The notes beneath the pieces were generated by a model that was given only the letters and a program-made list of their open reading frames with translations, did not search any database and had not been told where the DNA came from. From a candidate division WOR-3 bacterium (lineage in GTDB: Bacteria > Hydrothermota > Hydrothermia > LBFQ01): a stretch of 10,188 nucleotides of DNA. Below are positions 1 to 6,551 of this stretch, in pieces. The stretch is from assembly GCA_039802605.1 (NCBI GenBank), contig JBDRWW010000020.1, positions 1 to 10,188 of the forward strand. Reading direction: 5' to 3'. The position numbers were made by a program, and so were the translations under genes. The stretch's first letter is position 1; each line of letters starts with the position of its first letter.

Positions 1-36
1 ACCCTTGGGTGCCACCCTGTAAGACTCGCCTATCAT
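1..36 (-). CDS. Possible 5' end of a gene running off the left edge (MIGESYRVAPKG...); product unknown
   Basis: ATG at 36-34 is open to the window edge (12 codons). It is preceded by purine-rich GGAAAGGGT and lies downstream of a near-consensus promoter at 54-81. Too short to identify, and could instead be a 5' UTR or ncRNA. Confidence 0.35.
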   Translation of the reverse strand, partial: MIGESYRVAPKG

Positions 37-53
37 TATTACCCTTTCCGGGT

Positions 54-81
54 ATTATAAGGGTGAAAAACTTGAAGTCAA
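54..81 (-). promoter_or_regulatory. Sigma70-type promoter firing leftwards
   Basis: Minus strand reads TTGACT (81-76), a 16-nt spacer, then TATAAT (59-54). The -35 is overlapped by the palindrome ACTTGA-AG-TCAAGT (70-83). Confidence 0.7.
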
Positions 82-83
82 GT

Positions 84-229
84 GTTCGGGAATCTCCAAT
101 AGTGTAAAAACCCCCGGGGGTTGCCGAACGGTTTTTGTGTGGCTTCATTATTAAGAAAACGCATTTATAACGCAAAAATAATGATTTAAATAAAACGAAA
201 CGGCCTTTTAAGAAGGGGGATTGCCGAAC
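84..229. repeat. Tripartite 14-bp motif: an inverted pair plus a direct copy, resembling a CRISPR leader
   Basis: GTTCGGGAATCTCC (84-97) is inverted relative to GGGGGTTGCCGAAC (116-129; 11/14 match), around the spacer AATAGTGTAAAAACCCCC. GGGGATTGCCGAAC (216-229) is a 13/14 direct copy of 116-129, exactly 100 bp downstream. Confidence 0.8.
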
Positions 230-264
230 ATCGTATAAAATCAATTTCAAAGCCATAAAAAGGG

Positions 265-303
265 TTTAAAACGCAAATAAAATTACACTTTTTAAAACGC
301 AAA
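265..303 (+). repeat. 13-bp direct repeat TTTAAAACGCAAA x2
   Basis: Exact copies at 265-277 and 291-303 (26-bp period); related AAACGCA/AACGCAAA words occur at about 156-177. Confidence 0.7.
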
Positions 304-365
304 CAACGGTATAATTGAAACAATACAAAACCGCTAATTAATCAACTTGCAAAAACAACGAATTT

Positions 366-401
366 TTCGCATTCTTTTGGGCTAAGAAGGAACACAGAAA
401 C
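366..401 (+). CRISPR. Possible solitary or degenerate CRISPR repeat after a leader-like region (no array)
   Basis: 36-nt TTCGCATTCTTTTGGGCTAAGAAGGAACACAGAAAC has an internal hairpin TTCTT(372-376)/AAGAA(384-388) and a 3' GAAAC end, and follows the AT-rich leader-like tract. There is only one copy and no cas gene in the window. Confidence 0.25.
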
Positions 402-1253
402 CTACGAAAAAACCCCCTCTACAAAAACCGAAACATCGCCAAGGGTTATAACCTTGGGCTTTATTTTTGGATAAACCAAAATAGCCCTATTAACACCCAA
501 AACCTTCGCATATGTAAAAGCCTGATAAACATCCAAGCGCTGAACCTTGGTTTTATATTTGGCATCCAAAGGCGTATTGTCTTCTAAGATATAATCGGGT
601 TTTATCAATTTATCGCCTTTGTACCTTTTTCCCCCATAAACCTCACCGACGAATTCCTCAAACAAAAGGGGTGTATTTATTAAAAATCCCGAATATCCAT
701 AACCAAAAACCCCGATGGAAATTAGATAAGCCAAAAGCCAGAGTTTTTTATTTTCGGAATCTTGCAAATACTTGACCTTGAAAAATTCGGGCTGAACTTT
801 CATATATTCATCAACCTCAAAGCCCAAAAGGTGGAGTATATAGTTTAGGTATAAAACATCCTCGGGCAAACCCAAACTGTGCTTTTTTGCCGGTATTTCA
901 AAAACCTTATAAACCTTATACCTTTCAAGCATTATCTTCCCCACACCCTTTTTATTTTCCGTAATCTTATAGCCCTTAACATTCCCCACAAATTCCCTAT
1001 AAAGCCTTAAAAACTCCCCCTTTATTTCTTCCTTAACGCCGTTAAAACCCCCAAAACCCTTTATGTTATACACCCTTTTAAGCATCTCGTATATCACCTC
1101 CCAACCCCACCTCGGCAAAACCTCGTAATCGAATATTTTACCCGCACCCCGTATTTGATAAACATTTTTACCGACCTTCCTAAAAGCCCATTTTAAATAT
1201 TTTGGAGGGTTTTCCGGAAGCTTTATATACGAAAACTCTTTAATCCTCTTCAC
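402..1253 (-). CDS. Compact McrC-family (McrBC restriction subunit-like) PD-(D/E)XK nuclease, 283 aa
   Basis: C-terminal McrC-type motifs LFEEFV, IKPDYIL, LDAKYK, DVYQAFTY and ILVYP; the N-terminal GKI..YEVLPR...YEML also fits McrC. The GTG start overlaps the upstream TGA (GTGA at 1253-1250). Confidence 0.8.
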   Translation of the reverse strand: MKRIKEFSYIKLPENPPKYLKWAFRKVGKNVYQIRGAGKIFDYEVLPRWGWEVIYEMLKRVYNIKGFGGFNGVKEEIKGEFLRLYREFVGNVKGYKITENKKGVGKIMLERYKVYKVFEIPAKKHSLGLPEDVLYLNYILHLLGFEVDEYMKVQPEFFKVKYLQDSENKKLWLLAYLISIGVFGYGYSGFLINTPLLFEEFVGEVYGGKRYKGDKLIKPDYILEDNTPLDAKYKTKVQRLDVYQAFTYAKVLGVNRAILVYPKIKPKVITLGDVSVFVEGVFS

Positions 1254-4200
1254 CTTTTTATAAACTTGAAAACCTTACCCCCAACCTTAACCATATACAC
1301 ACCCCTTGGCAAACTTAGGGGGATTTCCTTATCGCCATCAACATAAATGCTTAAAACCTTTCTACCACCTATGGAATAGACCGACAACCAAGCACCCTTT
1401 AATCCTATAACCCTTATACCGTCCTTTGTGAATACCACATCAAACCTATTAATCGTTTTATCCTCCTTAACCGATATTAAAACGGGTTCATCCGGAAGGG
1501 AATCTATTGGGGAATTGGTGGCCCACCTGTTATAAAAGGGCATACCCCATATAACCTTACCCCCGTATATCCTCCAAGAGTAGAGTTTATTCGCTTCCGT
1601 TGGGGCAAATATGTAAAGGTATCCGTTGTATGTGGTTGCACTTGGAGTTGAAAATACAACATTATTCCTAAAACGATTGTGGTCTGAAAGGTCTATGGGA
1701 AAACCGTAAAGGTCCCTCCTAATGTTTGAATAGGCGTGTAAATAACTCCTCGCATCGGATATTAAAACCTCTCCCTTTCCGTCCTCATCAATATCAACCG
1801 TTGTTGCCATCCTCCCCCTTAAAGAGGCATCCTCTGAAAATGTGTCTATCGCCACAAACTGCGTATCTATGTAATAAACATTTGTGTAAGGGGAAGTTTC
1901 GCCGTACATAGCTATATCGCTTTTACCATCGCCATCAAAATCAACGGGAATACAGATACCGTTGGGGTTATAAGCGTTTGAATCAACGGTTATTATTCCA
2001 CCGGAGAAGGATACAAGGGTATTCCTATGTCCGCATGTCAATATTTCCGGAACACTATCACCCACAAAATCCCAAACCACAAGCCACCTTGAAGTCCTAA
2101 CGCTCAACGGATAACCCGAAATATCGTTAAGGCTCTGGTCGAGTATGTGTAAGTAATTCCCCGCTTTAACCACTATCTCCCAATTCCCATCGTTATCAAA
2201 ATCATAAGTTGCGGGTGGGGATATTAAGAGCGGATCGCCCACGCTATCAAGTTTGTAATTCAAAAGTGTCCCAAATCCGTTATAAAGTAAGACGCTACCC
2301 CTTCTGGTTATCAAGACTATCCTTACATCCGTTCCGGCCTTTGTTAGCATTAAATACATGGGTCTTGGGGTTGAATCCGGTCTCCCGGGGAAATATGGGT
2401 AATCAACACTCCAAATGACATTTCCGTTTGAACCGTTTAAAGCGTACAGTTTAAATGTTGTGGCAACAACCACTTCAAGTTTCCCATCGTTGTTTATATC
2501 TCCTATAACTGGGAATGTTTCAACCCAACTACCCAAATAGTTCTGCCATATAGTTGAACCGTCCAACCTCAAAGCATAAATCTTATTAAAGGCCGAAGCG
2601 CTTACAAATTCCGGCTCAGCCGTATTGGTTAAAAGTTGCCCGAATATAGGCCCCGAAAGCTTGCTATACCTTGCAACGGATGAGAAGTATATGTATTCTA
2701 TATCTTTTACAAACCATAAGTTGGGGTTTGGCCTTTCCTCAACGGAAAACACCGTATCACCCTCTATACCATCCTGAACAACCGAAACAGAAAACCTCCT
2801 TTTAACGAAGTTGTTATTAACATACATAAAGTTTGAACCCGTCAATGTATCAAGGTTTGCAGGATAACCATCAACAAAAACCCTCCAAGAATACCTTTTC
2901 GTTGAATCGCCCGAATACTTCCACCTGAGTATAACGCCGTTATTGACCGGTTCGGAGGAAAAAGCGGAAATGCTAACCCTTGGGGTATCTATCCTTATCC
3001 TGTAATCCCCATAATATATAGAACCCGCATACAGTTTTAGCCTTATCCATTGGCCATAAGGGGATGTACCCCGCAAATAATAGTTTAAAGCATAGTTTGA
3101 GAATTCTCCGGGTGCTAGCCTTGGCAAGACATTGCCCCCCACGGGGATAAAAGAAGAACTATCAACCACAACCCTAACATTGAACGCCGTATCGCTTCCG
3201 GAGTTTGAGACCTCAAACATCAAGAGCAATGTATCCGAATAGTACCTCCATTTTGCCGAGTGGAATACTAACCTTGGTCCCCCAACCCATACAAAAGCGG
3301 AATCCACATACCCACCCATAAAAACCTTTATTTTTGAAAACCTATTCCCCGAGAAAAACGGAGACCTTACAACCGTCCAAGAAAAAGGTATTGAAGCCCC
3401 AGGTGTAATAATTGCTGGGGAAGGTATTGATATGGGCATTAAGTCCGATGATGTTAAAATTGGGGAAACCGTTGTTGCGGAGGAACCGAGGTTTTTTATC
3501 CAAACGGTTAGATTTGCCGTATCGTTGGGGGATGACAGATATACGGAGTCTATAACGAGATAATATCCGTTGTAGTTTGCGGAAACTTCTCCAAGATATA
3601 CCAAACTACCCGGGTGCCAAGCGCCCCAATTAAGTGTGTCCGTTCTCTTAACATTAAAGGAAACCATTCCGGAAAAGTCCGTAAATCCGTACATCACAAC
3701 CCCCCTTTTATCGGAAAGGGAAACCTTAACAAAGGGTTTGGGGGATAAACTTACCGAATCAACAACATTAAAAGTTATTATCGTATCGCTTATGGTATAA
3801 CTTATCCCGAGTTTTTGCCTTCTATCGTTGAAAACCCTAACAAACGGGTCCCCGATAATATTGTAAGCCATAAGTAAATACCTGAAAAGGGTGGAATATT
3901 GCGAAACATATGAATACGCGATTTTCCCGTAATTCACAACCAAACCTATATATGGAAAGCCCGCAAATGCGTTTATCGAGTCGTATATTACACCCCATAT
4001 GCTTGATACGGATAATCCAAAATCGGCCTTAGTTGCGCCTATGGAGGCCAACGCCTTACCCCTCTTAACCGCTTCCAATCCTATGGAGTTTGAAAAGGGG
4101 TCGTTTACAAAACACCCGACCCATCCCGCTATGAACTTAAAGCCCGACAGTTCGTTTATCCTCCTGTAATCAAAGGCATCATATGCGGAAGAGGAGTTTC

Positions 4201-5437
4201 TCGTCATTATAACCCTATGGTTTGAGTGTCCTATACCAAATAGCATTACGGGTTTAAAGTTGTTTAATGTATCCCTTACGGCCGCCGATGGACGCTCGCA
4301 AATAATCCTCTTTTGGGATGGATCTATCCTAGTTAATCTGTTTGCCAAATCCATTGCCAACAAACAACCGTCTGCGCTATCAGGATCTGCGGTATCTCCC
4401 CAAAGGTTTGAACCCATAAAGGCAAATTTCGGGACATCAAAGTTGTTATTCGTCTCGTATTCTATTAAGGAGTTTATGTAATTATCAACCCCCTCGGGAA
4501 GGTCAAAGGGCAACCTTCCAATTATTATATCCGGAAAGAGGTCCGCAAAAACATCCCCCTCATCGCCATCCCATTCGTCGTTGTTCAGGTTCCAATCGCC
4601 GTCCAATGCGGAATAATAATAATCCGTAAGTAAAAAGTTGCGAAAGGATTGTCCATAAGGGTCGCCAATGGTATCGTAGAATAAGGTTACATTTGTCCTT
4701 AAAGGGGGTATCCTTTGGGCGTCTGCCCCTATGAGTAGTGCGGAAAGTCCAAAGTTTTCATACATATACCTCAAAAAGTTTCTTATTCTTTCGGGTATTG
4801 AGTTTCCGGGGAAATGGGAAACCACCCACTCAACGGTGAAGACCTCGGTTTTTATACCCATTGAGTTGCGGAATTCCGCCAACCTAAGCCAATTGGGTTT
4901 CAAACCCTCTGTTGTAAGTATTACGAAATCCACCCTATCCTGAGGTATAAAGTTAAGGGTTGAATATTCGTTTATCCCCAAAACCTTAAATGTCCCCGCC
5001 CATATTTCTGGGTTTGAGTATTTCGGCTTTGAAAACCGCTTTGTATTTTCACCTTTTATAACCTCAAAGCTAACCTCTTCGTTTAGGAAAACCCTACCGT
5101 TTTTTATCTGAATTGCACTAACCACTATAAAGGCGATGTTGTGCCCCCTAAAAAACCCCTGATTTCCCACAAATACCACATCCTTAGGGTATATGTTGGG
5201 GATAAATGTTTTTATAGGTTTGGCGTTGGGGGTATCTATCGGAAGCGCAAAGGTAATTTTATGGTTTATAGGCCTTTGCTTTAAAGAAGTTATCCTTATA
5301 CCCTCAACCCTTTCGTCTGGGTTTAAATGGACGATTACAACCTTAAAGGGAATTTCCGGAAACCCCGCATAATTTGAAAATCTCGGCAAATTGCCAATGT
5401 CCTTAAACGAAACCGTAAAAGCGGTTAAGAACAACAT
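1250..5437 (-). CDS. C25-family (gingipain-like) cysteine peptidase with propeptide, Ig-like domains, FG-GAP/VCBS repeats and T9SS type-A C-terminal sorting domain, 1395 aa
   Basis: C25 motifs FVILT, IRNFLRYMY, LLIGAD, TDYYY, PDIIIGRLP and YNIIGDP; candidate catalytic His (IGHS) and Cys (GCFVN). Five DxxxDGxx(E/D)-like repeats (GDINNDGKLE, DFDNDGNWE, DFVGDSVPE, DFDGDGKSD, DIDEDGKGE). CTD signature VYSIGGRKV...LPRGVYMVKV...KFIKR. Confidence 0.9.
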   Translation of the reverse strand: MLFLTAFTVSFKDIGNLPRFSNYAGFPEIPFKVVIVHLNPDERVEGIRITSLKQRPINHKITFALPIDTPNAKPIKTFIPNIYPKDVVFVGNQGFFRGHNIAFIVVSAIQIKNGRVFLNEEVSFEVIKGENTKRFSKPKYSNPEIWAGTFKVLGINEYSTLNFIPQDRVDFVILTTEGLKPNWLRLAEFRNSMGIKTEVFTVEWVVSHFPGNSIPERIRNFLRYMYENFGLSALLIGADAQRIPPLRTNVTLFYDTIGDPYGQSFRNFLLTDYYYSALDGDWNLNNDEWDGDEGDVFADLFPDIIIGRLPFDLPEGVDNYINSLIEYETNNNFDVPKFAFMGSNLWGDTADPDSADGCLLAMDLANRLTRIDPSQKRIICERPSAAVRDTLNNFKPVMLFGIGHSNHRVIMTRNSSSAYDAFDYRRINELSGFKFIAGWVGCFVNDPFSNSIGLEAVKRGKALASIGATKADFGLSVSSIWGVIYDSINAFAGFPYIGLVVNYGKIAYSYVSQYSTLFRYLLMAYNIIGDPFVRVFNDRRQKLGISYTISDTIITFNVVDSVSLSPKPFVKVSLSDKRGVVMYGFTDFSGMVSFNVKRTDTLNWGAWHPGSLVYLGEVSANYNGYYLVIDSVYLSSPNDTANLTVWIKNLGSSATTVSPILTSSDLMPISIPSPAIITPGASIPFSWTVVRSPFFSGNRFSKIKVFMGGYVDSAFVWVGGPRLVFHSAKWRYYSDTLLLMFEVSNSGSDTAFNVRVVVDSSSFIPVGGNVLPRLAPGEFSNYALNYYLRGTSPYGQWIRLKLYAGSIYYGDYRIRIDTPRVSISAFSSEPVNNGVILRWKYSGDSTKRYSWRVFVDGYPANLDTLTGSNFMYVNNNFVKRRFSVSVVQDGIEGDTVFSVEERPNPNLWFVKDIEYIYFSSVARYSKLSGPIFGQLLTNTAEPEFVSASAFNKIYALRLDGSTIWQNYLGSWVETFPVIGDINNDGKLEVVVATTFKLYALNGSNGNVIWSVDYPYFPGRPDSTPRPMYLMLTKAGTDVRIVLITRRGSVLLYNGFGTLLNYKLDSVGDPLLISPPATYDFDNDGNWEIVVKAGNYLHILDQSLNDISGYPLSVRTSRWLVVWDFVGDSVPEILTCGHRNTLVSFSGGIITVDSNAYNPNGICIPVDFDGDGKSDIAMYGETSPYTNVYYIDTQFVAIDTFSEDASLRGRMATTVDIDEDGKGEVLISDARSYLHAYSNIRRDLYGFPIDLSDHNRFRNNVVFSTPSATTYNGYLYIFAPTEANKLYSWRIYGGKVIWGMPFYNRWATNSPIDSLPDEPVLISVKEDKTINRFDVVFTKDGIRVIGLKGAWLSVYSIGGRKVLSIYVDGDKEIPLSLPRGVYMVKVGGKVFKFIKR

Positions 5438-5443
5438 CCCACA

Positions 5444-5452
5444 ATTATAAGG
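5444..5452 (-). promoter_or_regulatory. -10 element for a probable leaderless C25 peptidase transcript
   Basis: Minus strand CCT-TATAAT-TGTGGG-ATG: TATAAT (5449-5444) lies 6 nt before the start codon, with no Shine-Dalgarno. Confidence 0.6.
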
Positions 5453-5458
5453 CCGAAA

Positions 5459-6055
5459 TCATATTTCCACCACCTTCCATTCAACCTCTTTTGGCATTGG
5501 GTTTTCGTCCGCATAACCTAGGTTTAAGGCAAAGGCTATGTTTAGTTCCCTCTCACCCAAAAATTCCAAAACCTCCTTTTCAACGGATACATTGGAAAAT
5601 GTAAAACTCCCCGTGTCAAGGCCGTTTTTCTTTGCAACTAGCATTATAATTTGCGCTATCATCCAGGAAACTTTAAGGTTATAAACCCTATCTTCCGGCC
5701 AGTTTTTATCCATCCAATCGTGAAGTTTGGTTAGACCTATAAGGGTTATGGGTGCCCCTCCCAAGTCCTTTAAGAATTCTTTCATAAGGTTTTCATAGTA
5801 AGGCCTTACTTCTTCCGGTGCGATTTTACCGAGTATCACCAAATCCTTTGCGGCCGAATAGTTCAACCTCATAACCTTTACCGCCTCCTCCCTAGCATTA
5901 CCATAAAGGACATAAAGTTTAAACGGTATTGGATAATAGCTTAAAACACTCCTTATGGCGGAGTATATCTCCTCCAAAATCCCCCTATCCGGCATATCCT
6001 TTTTATACTTCCTTATGGTTCTCCTGTTCTTTATGAAATCCAATACCATACTCAC
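5459..6055 (-). CDS. Nitroreductase-family (FMN-dependent oxidoreductase fold) protein, 196-198 aa
   Basis: N-terminal IKNRRTIRKY motif, GAP, AQIIMLVAKKNGLDTG helix-turn and C-terminal LNLGYADENP. The start is GTG 6055 (overlapping the upstream stop) or ATG 6049. Confidence 0.85.
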   Translation of the reverse strand: MSMVLDFIKNRRTIRKYKKDMPDRGILEEIYSAIRSVLSYYPIPFKLYVLYGNAREEAVKVMRLNYSAAKDLVILGKIAPEEVRPYYENLMKEFLKDLGGAPITLIGLTKLHDWMDKNWPEDRVYNLKVSWMIAQIIMLVAKKNGLDTGSFTFSNVSVEKEVLEFLGERELNIAFALNLGYADENPMPKEVEWKVVEI

Positions 6056-6519
6056 CCCCTTTCTACGAATTCAACATTTACCTCTTGCTTCCTTAATTCC
6101 CTTTCAGGATAACCTACAAAGGCGGCGGCGGAGAGTTCCCATGTTGTGTTGGGTAATCCCGAAAGTTTAAATGCCTCGTTATAAAAATCCCTCGATGGAT
6201 TTATGTCTATAAAGCATCCCAAACCCATACTCTCGCATTGAATCGCCAAATTAACGGCCTGGGCAACACCGGAAACCAAGTTCGTTAGGTGGTTTGGTTG
6301 CATAATACCCCTACGGATGAAGAATAAAAATATAACCGGGGCATTAACTTTATGCAAAGATGACAGCTTTTTCACATTTTCCGGGGTTTTTACTACTACG
6401 ACATTCCAAGGTTGGGGTGGGTTTAAACCATAAGGCGCATAAAGTGTAGCCTCTTCCAAAACTTTTAACTTTTCATCCTCAACCGGCAAATCTTTAAATT
6501 TATCGTATAGGCGGAACAT
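6052..6519 (-). CDS. Nitroreductase-family protein, 155 aa
   Basis: EEATLYAPYGLNPPQPWNVVVV matches the APSxxNxQPW motif; also NAPV, AVNLAIQCESMGLGC and VGYP. Confidence 0.85.
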   Translation of the reverse strand: MFRLYDKFKDLPVEDEKLKVLEEATLYAPYGLNPPQPWNVVVVKTPENVKKLSSLHKVNAPVIFLFFIRRGIMQPNHLTNLVSGVAQAVNLAIQCESMGLGCFIDINPSRDFYNEAFKLSGLPNTTWELSAAAFVGYPERELRKQEVNVEFVERG

Positions 6520-6524
6520 ATGAC

Positions 6525-6545
6525 GGAAATTATAAGGAGGTAAAA
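6525..6545 (-). promoter_or_regulatory. Promoter/regulatory element upstream of the nitroreductase pair, shared with 7675-7695
   Basis: Minus strand TTTTACCTCCT-TATAAT-TTCC; TATAAT (6534-6529) lies 9 nt before ATG 6519. It is 18/21 identical to 7675-7695. Confidence 0.6.
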
Positions 6546-6551
6546 CCCTAC

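Noticed and set aside
5..20. AGGGTGGCACC on the minus strand resembling a T-box antiterminator
   Set aside because: It is too close to the predicted start site to accommodate stem I, and the following bases do not match.
1726..4943. Four short plus-strand ORFs (1726-1911, 2209-2418, 4260-4481, 4731-4943)
   Set aside because: They are antisense to the well-supported C25 peptidase and have no recognisable motifs; most likely shadow ORFs.
5438..5461. In-frame TGA readthrough fusing the nitroreductase to the C25 peptidase
   Set aside because: The shared frame has a 1-in-3 chance, the gap holds a -10 box for the peptidase, and no recoding signal is evident.
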